From the NCBI GenBank assembly GCA_013265495.1, contig MU058065.1, forward strand, positions 7,192,302-7,256,301: DNA of 64,000 bases, written 5' to 3'. A program made the translations under genes and the position numbers. The notes under the pieces were generated by a model. The model did no database searches. It saw only the letters and a program-made list of their open reading frames with translations, and was not told where the DNA came from. Positions 51,103 through 62,789 of the stretch are shown piece after piece (positions within the stretch are counted from its first letter, which is position 1; each line of letters begins with the position of its first letter). The DNA is from Vicugna vicugna (taxonomy: Eukaryota).

Positions 51103-53047
51103 CATCATGGTCTTATTGGTTACAGAAAAGCACTGAGGCTCAGAGAGACCCACAGTAGCTGGTGGCAGAGCCTGGCCAGGTCTCCAAGTTCCCAGCAGTC
51201 TCATGCTCCTTCTGTTGGACAAGCTGGCAAGATGCCCCTGCTCTTACCTGGGGTGTGTGAACAGGATCCAGCATGCCTGAGCTGCAAGAGACACCCCAAA
51301 TTACCTGTCCCTCCCCCTACTGTCCAGGTGAGGAAATTGAGACTTGGAGAAATCAAACGCTCATCAGATGTTCAGAAAGAGCAAGTGACTCACTCCACAT
51401 CTATAGTATCAAAGGCCGACGTGGGTCACCTGGCCCACCCCTGGATCTTTTCCCCCATGCAAGCTCGGAAGACCAATTCATGTCACACTAAAAACAACTA
51501 ACCTTGCACAGTTCCTTTCTGTTTTTCAAAGTGTTTTCACAACCTTGATCTCATTCCATCCTCCCCTCAGCCCTCCGAGTGAGTGAAGGCTCACAACAAC
51601 AGTGAGAAAGGGGCCCTGTTCTCAGAGGACTCCCTCTTGTGCACAAGTGGTGAGGCCTGCTGGGTGGCGGGCACTGGGTGTGCTTGCACACCTGGTGAGC
51701 AGGACCGGCACCTCCATGGTGGCCCAGGCATTAACGCCATCCCGGCACCCCTTCTTCCTGCCTCCTTTTGGAGAGAACAAACATGGTTATTTGTTCATCT
51801 TCTGTGTCACTTGGCAAGTCACGGGCAGAGTTATCTCTCTGTCTTCCTGACTATCGGCTTTCCTGCCTTGGAGTGGATGGCGGACCCCAAGTGACGCAGA
51901 CCAGTGGAGAATTCCTCAGGCTCTCAGAAAGAACGTTTTCTGCTGAATCGGGAGGTTTCTGCTGCCGGGTGGCTGCAGGCCCCTTAGAATGTGTGCTGTC
52001 ACCGTGGACAGATCAGGCTGAGCAGGATGCAGTGCTCAAGGTGACACTTTTGCCATACTTTGTATTTTACTACCCGAGGTGATTGTAAAAGGACAATCGG
52101 GACACTCTCCCACTCTTGCTCCTTAGGCCTCAAAAGCCCGAGTCTTAGGGTGGGGAAGGGTTCTGGGCAGGGTGATGTCAACTCCTCTCTTGCCCCTCAT
52201 GGCCCTGGCACTGTGGCCGGCACAGTTGGGGCTCTCAGTGCCATGTGTGGTGTTTGGCCTCTTCCTGCAGGCGACACGGGGTCTGCTGATCCTCTCTCCT
52301 GGGCACCATCCATTGTCTGCTGTCCTTATGAGCCTAATGCATCCCCCTTCCCAGGTGTGCACTCAAGACCTTGCATAAATCACCCTGGACACATGGAAAT
52401 TGATCCCACACTCCAGGAAGGCTACTCCCCGGCTCTCCCCGGGCACCTGTTCCATCACCTCTCCCACACTCATTGTCCGGAAATTCTTTGCTGCTGCCCA
52501 AATCCCACAGGCTGAAGGTATTTCCTCTTTCTAACCACTCAGATGGGCAGCAGCATCCGGGGGCCAAAGGAGAATGGGAGTGACCCCAGACCTGGCGAGT
52601 GCTTCGTGTGTCACCCAGGCCTGCTCATCCTTCCTCCAGGGTGCTCGCGTTTTTTCCCACTTAACAAAGCGCTTCCCCGCCCACTGTTTCATTTGGCCTT
52701 TATTGCTGTGAAAAACACTGAGATGGAATTCCTAAAGTGGAGATGACAATTCAGTGAAGGAATTGATGTTCACAGAGCTTAAGAGACCGAGAGACAAGGT
52801 CACAAAGCCAGTGAGTAGCAGGGTTGGCTCCTGGTCATTTAACTTCCATTCGGTGGCATTTGCTTTAGACTCTCTCTTCTCTCACTTTCCTGTGCTGACT
52901 TTCAACTTTTCCTTGCACCTTTCCAGTCCTGCACCTTCGTGGTTGCCTTCAGTTTCCATCGGTGTTCCAATACCCTCCCCTTCCTGAGTCCCACATCCCT
53001 GAGTAGTACGGACATACCAGTTCACCTCAGCCAGTGTGGACCCTCAT

Positions 53048-53165
53048 GCACACATCCCACATGCCCCTACACGCACCACCACACACACACATCCCATCAC
53101 ATACACCTATCACACACCACACACACGTACCCACCACACCCACCCACCCACACACACACGCACCG
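53048..53165. repeat. CA-rich degenerate microsatellite
   Basis: Directly visible. Confidence 0.85.
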
Positions 53166-53319
53166 CAGACTGAGCACTGGAGAGGTAACCAATGTTACGA
53201 GGAAGAGACGGACACAGAAAGACCCATAAGTAGGGAAACAAAGAGAAACAGAAAGCAAAAGAGAGATGGGTGAGAGCAGAGGAAAAGAAAACTGGGGATA
53301 ACGATGGAAGAGAAAAGAA

Positions 53320-53445
53320 AGATCAGAGCTTTGGAGTCAGAAAGCTGGAATTCTAAATCAAGCTTCATCACTTCTTGGCTGAGCCCTTTGAGAAAGTCAC
53401 TTAACCTCTCTGAGTTTTATTTTCCTGTATGTAAAAAAGGCATTG
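53320..53445 (+). mobile_element. MIR SINE
   Basis: GCTTTGGAGTCAGA...AAGTCACTTAACCTCTCTGAG. Confidence 0.75.
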
Positions 53446-53562
53446 TTTACTTAATTAATAGTCATTGTGTCACCTTCTAGGTGCTTGAGATGCATCAATG
53501 AACAGAATAGTTAAAAAAAAAACCTGCCTTCTTGTGGGTGGAGATGGATCTTTTTTACTCTG

Positions 53563-54162
53563 GTGTTAGTCTGGATCTTTCTTTTTAGACAAGTTCTTTT
53601 AAAAAATTTATTTATTTTGTTTATTTTTCTGAGGGGGGAGGTAATTAAGTTTATTTACTTATTTACTTTTAGAGGAAGTACTGGGAATTGAACCCAGGAT
53701 CTTGTGCATGCTAAGCATGTGCTCTGGCTCTTAAGCTGTATCCTCTCCCCAGTCTGGGTCTTCTGAGAAGCAAACACCAAAGTCAGGATTGAACAGGCGA
53801 GGAATTCCTTAGAAGAAACGCCCGTGTGAGGGGAAAATAGGGGGGCTGCTGGAGAAGACTTGGCGGAGCCACTGGACCACCATGTAAGTCTGACCCTGAG
53901 CAAGGAGACAGAGAGAAGGCTGGGTGAAAGCATTCTGGTTTGGTAAGGTCAGCAGGGAGTCTTTCAGCCAAAGGTGAACATCAGGAGTCCCAGTGTGTCC
54001 TTGACATCCTTGGTCACTGGCTGGGAACCACCTACGGAAGGCATGATCTCTGCTCTGGATTTGAAGGAGCGATGGATTTCAAGTCAAAGCAGCTGAGACC
54101 CTTGGCCAATTACGCTGCCTGGAGTTGGTGGTCTGCAGGGTGCACGCTTATGGCTGCTGCAT
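53563..54162 (-). mobile_element. LTR40-like ERVL LTR interrupted by a SINE
   Basis: GTGTTAGTCTGG...CTGAGAAGCAAACACCAA...GAAACGCCCGTGTGAG...GTAAGTCTGACC. Confidence 0.5.
53580..53750 (-). mobile_element. tRNA-Ala-derived SINE (vic-1-like, camelid)
   Basis: Minus strand reads GGGGAGAGGATACAGCT...GCTTAGCATGCACAAGATCCTGGGTTCAATTCCCAG followed by an AT-rich tail. TSD AGTCTGGATCTT (53568-53579) / AGTCTGGGTCTT (53751-53762). Confidence 0.85.
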
Positions 54163-54829
54163 GTGAGAAAAGAAGATGTGAACAAATGAGCCAAGTGAGG
54201 CAGGCGAGGAGCTCTGGGATGTGGACTGATCAGAATTTTCACAGGGTGGCTGCAGCAAGCCTTCCTGAGAAGGTGATTTTTGAGCAGACATTTGGGGGAG
54301 GCATCATTCAGATGCCACGGCCATCTTCCTGTTGATAACGTCATGCTACCAGTCATGCGTGGGAAAGCACTTTGTAAACAGCATAGACTCAGCTGACAGA
54401 AAACAAACAAACAGCAAGGCTATCTGTCCTGGCATTTGGGACTGATGTGTTCCCAAGGGAGGAGATGCTGGCCTCTCTCCCAGACCAAGCCAGACCCCTC
54501 TGTTAAGGGCAAGCAACCTGGAGGACCACACTCCCACTGGGGAAGCAGGGTATTCTGTTTCCAGGACATGCCACTCCCAGGAGTCCAGGACTCTCTGAAG
54601 GGCCAAAACAAATAGCCCCCAAGATCCCCAGAGGATGGAGTCTTATTTTCAGCCTAACAATGGGAAGTAAAACAAAATCCTCTTTTCTCAGACAACTAGA
54701 TGAATATGTTATTATCTCTGACAACTGCAGTTAACAATAACTCCCGATAAGATATCCTTTTTGTCTCTGCGGCATCCTGGCAGACAGAGTGTCATTAATA
54801 AATCCCAGGGCAAGAAGGAAGGGGCTGGA

Positions 54830-55010
54830 GGTCACTAAGTACCTCTTCTGTGCCAGGCTCCGTGCCGGGTACAGTAATTTGATTTTCACAAGTCTGTAAC
54901 TGTTCCATCCACTTTACAAAAATAGGAAACTGAAGCCCATAGGATTGCACAGTTGGTAAGTGGTGGATTGAAACTCAGGTCTGTGTGTTTCCAAAGACCA
55001 TGCTCTTTCC
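54830..55010 (-). mobile_element. MIR SINE
   Basis: CCACTTTACAAAATAGGAAACTGAAGCCC-like core...GATTGAAACTCAGGTCTG. Confidence 0.65.
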
Positions 55011-55324
55011 TCTGGCTCTTTCCTCACTGCCCTCCCCAGTGGTCCACTGTGTTTAACCATTTGTCCTTCTAGCTCTAACATTGAGTTTTATTTAGTTGTC
55101 TGAGGGTCTGTCTTCCCCGACTCCCTCATCTCATCCACGTACCGCATGCCCCTCAGAGAACATGTGGGCCAAAATGATTTCTGCTTGGTCCACAGCATGT
55201 ACGAGGGGCCCTGCTCCAAGAGGCTCTTAAGCTGGCTAGTGGATGGCCAAGCCCCACTCAACCAGCCGTCTGTATCATCTGATGAAGAGAAAGATGGCCA
55301 TATACTTCAGTATTTTGGGGGGCT

Positions 55325-55490
55325 AGAGTTCTTAAAAAGGAGTTTTTATCAGAATTATCTAAGGAAAATTGTTAAAATATAGATTCCTAGGTCCTGCCAT
55401 CGGAAATTCTGATTTGGTAGGTTCAGAGGAGGCCCAAGAAGCTGCATTTTATTAAGCACCATTACTCGGCAAGAGTAGGCAACCACTGGG
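55325..55490. mobile_element. MER5-like MITE
   Basis: GTTAAAATATAGATTCCTAGG...TTCTGATTTGGTAGGT...GGCCCAAGAAGCTGCATTTT. Confidence 0.65.
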
Positions 55491-56289
55491 TTGGGTAATG
55501 GTCCATTTGGTGGCATTCCTGGGGAAATGGATACTGTTTGCCCTGTTGTCCTCCAGTAAAGGTCCAAGGAGCAGGTGACTCTGTTGGCCCCTGGAAAATG
55601 CCCAGTGACCTCTCCTTAGCTCCAGTCATAGGACAAGGTCCTGGATCAAAGCAGAAGGGAATTTGGAGGTCGGGAAGGACTCATGCACTTCCTTTGTGTG
55701 GTCAAGCTTCCCCGGTCTGCCCAGCAATGCCCCTGTAATCCCTCAAAGAAAGGTAGGCAACCTTGCCCAGAATTTGGCACTGTCCCAGAGATGTACTGTG
55801 TTAGGGGCTAGAAACCTCAGAGATTTTTCATCCTGGTCTTCTTTGTTGGCATATGGACAACTGGGGCTTGAGAGTGGAAGTTATCGATTGTGGTCATGTG
55901 GCTAACAGTGGAGTCCAGGTCTCCTGATTCCCAGATCAGTCCTCACTGCCTACTTCCTCTTGAAGCCCATAGGTGTCTGCTGCCCATAGGCCCAGTGTCC
56001 AGCAGTCCAACTCTCTCTGAAGACGTGCAGGGGGGCATGCTGGGCCTGAGCAGTGAGGAACTCTGTGAGTTTACACCCCCAGTTCCCAAATCCTCGATGT
56101 GTAGCAAGGGTAATACCCACTGGAACCTCGTAAGAAAAAGCCAGTCCCACCCCTGCCTCCATATCCCCCACTTACTGCTGTTTCCACCCTTCCTTCTTCC
56201 ATGAATGGATTAGAACTCACCCTCAAATGTATTGCCTATGGAAGCTTGGTAGTATGTGAGGTGATTAGACGGCAGCAAATATTTTAATA

Positions 56290-56525
56290 TAAACATATAT
56301 TGCTTGCTATATGACAGGCTCTAAGAACTCCAGATGCATTAACTTATTAAATTCTCACAACTATCTCATGAGGTAGGGACTCCCATTGTCTCCGCTTATT
56401 CTGAGGAAACCAACGCCCACAGAGAAGCTAAAACCTTCCTAAGGCCGCGGAGCTGGTGTGCAGTGGAGCCAGGCTTCCAGTCCAGGCTCTCTGTGTACAG
56501 AAACTGCACGTTTACCTACTATACA
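56290..56525 (-). mobile_element. MIR SINE
   Basis: AATTCTCACAACTATCTCATGAGGTAGG...TGAGGAAAC. Confidence 0.65.
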
Positions 56526-57687
56526 ATGCTCCAGTTCCATTTTAATTTCGTTAGGTCTTAGAAAACAATAAAAGCAATTTAAAGGCCAGATGGGAGATAC
56601 GTGCTTCAACTCCAATTTGCTGTTGGATTTTAGGTAAGATGAAGGAAATTTTTTAAAAGAAGAGGGACTTGAAAAAAATTTAAAAAGCAGGTCCTGTACT
56701 TTCCAGATGAGGAAACAGAGGCCTTGAGAACCGAAACCACTCCCCCATGTGCTGCTGCTGTGAGTTAGTGTCTGAACTGAAGCTGGAATTCGTTTCTCCA
56801 TTGCATGTCCATTGCTTTTTCCCTGAATGTTTATTTACATGAACTTGATGGAATACAAGACTTTCATAATTTAAGTCCTTTAAACTTTACACAGATAGTT
56901 TGCGTTTGGAGCCAGGCGTACACCTTGGTTTATTTTCATGAGAAAACTTAAAATCAATTTCCAAAGCTGCTTGGCTAATGACCCCGTTCAGCATCTGATG
57001 GGATTCCATTTAAACCACCGTAAAAATGTCCTGACACAATTGATTTCTAAAGCATTGTGATTAATGTTATCTTTTAAGTTTTTTCTCCCACCCATCACCT
57101 CTCCCTCCGAAGCCTCTTTTCCCCAAAGAGGCTGCTCCCATCTGCCCTTGTCCTCTCCTCCCTCCCCGGCCCAACGGTGCTCACGCTCTGAAGCACAGGC
57201 TGCCAGACTGCCACTTATAGCCCCTTTTCTTCTGAAGTCATCTCCTCTTCCTCAAGACTTTCCACCTCAAATTCACATCAGGATCAGGACCTCCAATATT
57301 CCTATAGCTTCATCCTCTGCCCGAAATGGAAGAGCTTGGATTAACAATACCTTAGTTCTTTTTTTTTTTTTTTGGTGCTGTATGATCTGGAATTGCTTTC
57401 TGAGCCATGACCCCACTCCCCTTTGCTGTGCCTCACTTTCTTCATCTGTAAAATGATGATAGTATTTGATGGCCACTAACAACCTGTTACTGACTCAACA
57501 GTGTTAACCTGGAAAGACCGTTTCCCCATTGCCCCTCACTTCCTTTCTTCTCCTCCCCTGACTCAGCTGTCACAAGCGTGCAGGGCACCCATTCTCCAAG
57601 AAGTCCTCAAAGGAAGCTTATTTTTCAGTGAGGGTTGGAGGACAGGTCCATTATTCTCTTTCCAAAATAATGACAGAAGAAAAAGAA

Positions 57688-57735
57688 CCCAAAACAAAAA
57701 CAAAAACAAAAAACACAAACAGAAGCAAATCAAAA
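57688..57735. repeat. (CAAAAA)n simple repeat
   Basis: Directly visible. Confidence 0.85.
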
Positions 57736-58907
57736 CAGGAAGATCCTCCCTTGCAGGAGGAGGTGGAGAGAAAGGTCAGTGCCCACCACCTTCTGAGGAA
57801 TCTTCAGCCTCCCGCTTTGTGGTTTTATATATTATCAGAGATTTTTACAACAAATAAACGAAGAAGAGAAGCTAGATGGTTCTGACAAGCAGGGCTCTGG
57901 CGGGAAGTTACTCCTGCCCAACAAAGTCTCTGTCTAAAAATACCCGGCCAGGACCTTGCCGTTTCCATAAACAGATGGACACCACGGGCCTGGCGGAGGG
58001 GCAGAAACGGTGGGAGGAAATTATTTCTGACAATGATAACAATCTGGCATCTCCCAGAGCTTCACATCCTGGACAAGTCCAGCTGGCTGTCCAGATCCCC
58101 CGCTTGTGCAAATGAGGTGGCTGTAAATAGAATTCTCCTGGCTCCCACCATGGCCACCCCTCGCAGAGGCCCGCAGAACATCTCTCCTGCCTCCCCCTTC
58201 TCATGCCATCTGCAAAGAGGAGGCAGATGAAGTGTAGAAGCTGCAGGTGGGGTGGAGGAGAGAAGGTGGGCCCCTGGGGGACAGCATGGCTGCCCTCAGT
58301 CCAAGCCGTGGACCTAGGCAGATGACATGGGTGGTATGCCTGTGTGTGTGGCTTTCAGGAAGTCTTGCTAAACTTCTTTGGATCTAACCTTCCAGATCTG
58401 TAAAAAGGGAGGGACGTGATTTGAGAAGCAGGGTGTTTGGTTCTGAGAGCTATATTTTAAGAGGGACAATAATGAAGTAGTAGGGTCAACTGGAGAGGGG
58501 ACTGGGGATAAGAATAGTCTATGGGGCCCCATCTGAAGGACCCATCTGAAGAGAAGATATGACTAGCTTTACATAGTTCCAGAGGGCAGACAGAGAATCA
58601 GGAGGTGAAAGTAAAAATGTATACCATAAATGTTCTAAGGGAGAATGTTTTCATTGTCAGAGTTGCCCGGATTGAGTGAGGGGTTCCTCACCACTTACGC
58701 ATAGCAACGGAGACTGGGAGACCATCTTCGTATTAGTGAGAGGTTATTGAATACTGGTTTCAGGTAGATGAGAAATGAACCCACATGACTTATAAAAGTG
58801 GTTTTTGGGTACAGATAAGGTAATGAGGGTAGTGGTTCACTGTTGGGAATTCAAAGATGTCAACTGCCTCTTTCTGGGATCTCCTCAAGCAAAGGACAAA
58901 AAAGATG

Positions 58908-59103
58908 GGCTAGTGGTTAAAGATACAGGATTTGGAGTAAGACTTCCTGGATGCACGATCCCTGCCTGACTCGTGCCGTAGCTGTGTGTTCCTAGGCAAG
59001 TTACCTAACTTCTCTGGGCCTCATTTCATCTAAAATAGGAATAATGAGACTTTCTACTTCATGAAATTATTGTGAAGATTAAATGAGATAATTTATATAA
59101 AGT
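58908..59103 (+). mobile_element. MIR SINE whose 3' end is displaced by an LTR16-like insertion
   Basis: TAGTGGTTAAAG...GGCAAGTTACCTAACTTCTCTGGGCCTCA...GTGAAGATTAAATGAGATAAT. Confidence 0.8.
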
Positions 59104-59566
59104 TGTGCTGGATAATGTCTCTTTGCCCCTCCAGATCCACTCTCTACCCTTTTCCATTCTGCTTTCTCCTGGAGGCTAAAGGCTTTATCAATGAGTTCTC
59201 CTTTCCTCTGGTTTCCCATTGGTCTGACTAATGGGGAGTCCCAGAAGAAGGTCAGAGAGGGAAAAGAAAGTAAGCCGGGGTGTATATTCCCCCAGCTTTC
59301 TCTCTGAGGGCCCACAAGGGGTTAAATCTGACTCTAGACTGAAGGTACTCTCTGTGAGGTCTGACGACCGCTGACTTGCCTTGACCCTTCCAGTCTGGGG
59401 GTAATAATGGCGCTGCACTGTTACTAACCTTGGGGTGTTGCACCACTGCTCACTGTTTCCTTACACTCTGCCTGCGTCTTTGTCAATAGTTTTTTTATTA
59501 AAGCCACCTCAAATGATCCCAGTTGGATTGTGCTTTTTGTTTCCCATTGGGATCTAGACTAATACA
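59104..59566 (+). mobile_element. LTR16C-like ERVL solo LTR
   Basis: TGTGCTGGATAATGTCTCTTTGCCCCTCCAGATCCACTCTC...ATTAAA...GACTAATACA with TG...CA termini. Confidence 0.8.
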
Positions 59567-59589
59567 CTGTGGCCCTCACATAATAAACA

Positions 59590-59900
59590 TTCCGTTTATT
59601 CGTTCAACAAACATTAATCAAGTGCCCGGTGTGTTCCAGGGACTGTTCTACTTACTGGAGGTTGGTCCTGGAAAATGAAACAAAGATTCCTGTGCTCCTA
59701 GAGTGCTCATTCTAGTGCTGGTTTGACTGGCATTTATTGAGCATTTACTATGTGGCAGGTTCTGTTTAAAGTGCTTTACGTGCATCAACTCACATGGTTC
59801 TTAAAACAACTCTCTGAGGCAGAGACTGTTAATACCACTGTGTGAGAGATAAGGAAACCAAGGTTCGGAGAGCTGAGATGGTTACTTCTCATGCTAGCAA
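59590..59900 (-). mobile_element. L2 3' end followed by a MIR fragment
   Basis: TTCGTTCAACAAACATT...GTTCCAGG (L2), then CATTTATTGAGCATTTACTATGTG...GATAAGGAAACCAAGG (MIR). Confidence 0.65.
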
Positions 59901-59987
59901 ATGACATCCAAGATTCAAAGAATAAATGCCAAATAATTTGAATAGTAAACATCAGCTAGTAATATGATAGTAGCAATAGAGGTAACA

Positions 59988-60107
59988 TTTAATTTTTTTT
60001 TCAGTGGCTTACTTCACTATTTATTTTTAGAGGAACTACTGGGGATTGAACCCAGGACCTTGTGTATGCTAAGCATGCAGTCCACCCCTTGAGCTGTGCC
60101 CTCCCCC
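59988..60107 (-). mobile_element. tRNA-Ala-derived SINE (vic-1-like)
   Basis: TACTGGGGATTGAACCCAGGACCTTGTGTATGCTAAGCATG...GAGCTGTGCCCTCCCCC; homologous to 53670-53750. Confidence 0.85.
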
Positions 60108-60229
60108 TTAAACATCCATTGATTTTAACTTTGTGGTAGTCACTCTGCCCGTTTATATGACTTAACTTGCCTAAGTTCTGGTAGTTGTCCTGTAAGGCTG
60201 ATGTCACTACTGTTCCCATTTGCAGATAG

Positions 60230-60515
60230 AGACCCTGGCACTTCTCTATCTCCCTATTTAAAATGTGTAAACTCTCTACTCTGGCATTCACTTACTTGTC
60301 TTTTCTTTATTTTTCCTCCATGTTACTTATCACCATCAACTATACCATGCATTTCTCTAATTACTTTTATTATTGTCTGTCTCCCTCTTTGGAATGAAGG
60401 CTCTGTAAGGATGAGGACTTTATTTGCCTCATTCTCCTGTGCATCCTCAGTTTCTGGAGCAGTGTCTGGAACATAGTGGGTGCTTGGTAACTATTTGTTG
60501 AATGAATGAATGAAA
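60230..60515 (+). mobile_element. L2 3' end
   Basis: GAGCAGTGTCTGGAACATAGTGG...ATTTGTTGAATGAATGAATGAA. Confidence 0.8.
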
Positions 60516-61388
60516 ATCAGAGAGGTTCTATAACCCCCCCCCCACCTGCCACCAGGACCCACAGCCAGTCTGGGGCAGAGCAGGAGCTAGACCTTATATC
60601 CAGCAGATTCAAATCTCAAACTGTTAATTGCCTTTTACCCAAGTTCTCTTTAAAAGGGACGCTGGCAAATTGGAGGGGAGAGTGGAATCCAGAGACCTGA
60701 GTACTGGTTCTTATTTTGACACTAATCCCTTGTGTCAATCTGGGTACGTCACTCCCTTCTCCTGGATTTCATTCCCCTCGTCTTAAGATAACAGAAGGAG
60801 ACTAGGTGGTTTCTCATATCCTTCTCAGCCCCAACACATCTGACAAAAGGTAACTCTCTAAGGCTGGTAAAGAGGCTGGTATGACCAGAGGCAGAAGACT
60901 GGCCAGTGGGAACTTCTAAGGGCCCTGTAACTTCCTTCTTTGTTTCTGACCCCAGGGGCTGAGAAAGCTGATGAGGGAGGTCAAGCACAAATGGTTTTGG
61001 CAGGGCCTGAGCATTCCTCCCTGGGGCATACTTCCTGCCTCTGACTCACCTGCACAAAACCCACTGGCACGACGTGCAAGTCTGGCAGAGAGACTGGCGA
61101 CCATGGGAGGCTCTTTGTGTGCTTCTGGGCTGTTTAGCATGGCAGGATATTTTATTGAGATATTAATTTGTGCTGTTCTTGCTGTTGAAGAAGAATTGAG
61201 AGATCAGAGTTCTTTATAACTCTGTTCTGTCTTGCCTAAGAGCACAAACAGGGTTCTGAGTCAGGTGGAGAACCAAGATTTTGTTTTCCAGAGAATTTGG
61301 GTAGTGAAGGTGGAGGGGGGTTTAGAGAACGAGGAGGCACAGGAGTTTGGAGCTGAGAGACAACTGTCTCGAAAGGGAGGAAGGAAAT

Positions 61389-61850
61389 TGTATCAGTCAG
61401 AGTTCAACCTGGGAAATAAAAGACACTTTAAATACTTACACCAAACAGAATTTAATAAGGGGGATTGGTTGGCAGGTGATGAAATTGCTGAGAGGCTGAA
61501 CAGGGGATGGGATTAGCAAGAACAGAGAACAATTGGTCATCTTAGGCTGGAAGGAAAAAGGGAGAAGAGCCTGAGCACCATAAGGAGGCCCAAACCAGGG
61601 CCAGCCCCATACAACGGGAGCTGGTCATAGAGGAGATGCAGCAGCTGGGAAAGATGCTTCCCCAGGAAGCAGAGAGAAGAGGAGCAAGACCTTCTACCCT
61701 CTGTCTGATCTTGCAGTGCTTCATATTGGGATAAGCTGGATGGAAGCCAGTGGACATGAGATCCTGGAAACAGCCCACAAAGGTCAGCCTGTATGACCCA
61801 GTCAAGAAGGGAATGATGGGGAGTGGATCTGAGGGCCAGTGAGGCCAGGA
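61389..61850 (-). mobile_element. LTR33/LTR16-group ERVL LTR
   Basis: TGTATCAGTCAGAGTTCAACC...GAATTTAATAAGGGGATTGGTT-like...GAGTGGATCTGAGGG. Confidence 0.55.
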
Positions 61851-62789
61851 CTGGCCCAGGGGTCAGGTGTGGGATGAGCCTGACAGCAGGACTGGAGAAC
61901 TGTGCCCTATTTCAAGTCAGGGACTGAGAGCTGAGATCCTCTGCTAAGCAGCATGAGGTACCAGGGTCTGAGCACCGAAGTTCAGCCTTGGGAAACTCAA
62001 GGAAGGACTCCTGTGTCCCTGCTAGGCACAGATGGATGAAGCTTCTTGCATTTGTACGAAGTGACTGGGCTTGGACTGTGGGCATCTTAGTAGAGACTGC
62101 ATCCTTACCCTGTTTCCTCAGCACTGTGTAGGCAGCCTCTCCAAACATGATGGAGACTGAATAAAATAAGGAACGTGGCAATAGTTTTCACTCAACTTAT
62201 GAAATAAAATTGATCCCTGCTACAAGAGTTACCACAGCCCGTCTTCATAGCCCCACCTTTTGGTCTGATCAAACCCAGCTACTTCCCCTTCTCCCTGGGG
62301 GAAGCAGGGACCTCCTGCTGAAAGACTGATGACCTTGGGGAACTGAGACATTTTGCTCCACCTGGGAAGTTTATAAATTCTGATATGCTATTTGACATAG
62401 TGCCAAGAAGACAATGGGGAAAGAAAAGTGAGCTTCTCCAGACTTCATCCCAAGGACAAAGGAGGCCTTCACTTCTGTCTCCCTACAATGAGAGACATTG
62501 GTGACCAGTTTCCCTGAGGCTTGTCTTCAGGGCTTGTCTCTGTGTTGGGAGTTCATTTCTACCTCTCCCTACAGAGATGGACAACTCATAGGACCAGAGG
62601 ATTTAAGTTCAATTTACTCAAAACCATTATTTGTTGAATATTTATTATGTGCCAGGTAGGCACAAGGTGAACAATGGAATGTTCATTGGATGGTCACTAC
62701 TAGAATTAGAAATCAGAGAACATCTAAGGAAAGTCTCAACTTTTCCTTGGCAAAGAAGTGATTACCTTCGTGAAGGCACCATATGGACC

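Noticed and set aside
52939..53273. His/Thr-rich ORFs
   Set aside because: They are the translation of a CA-rich simple repeat.
53670..53750. tRNA-Ala gene (also 60030-60107)
   Set aside because: The stems are degenerate and an AT-rich tail follows (with a TSD at the first copy), so these are SINE heads.
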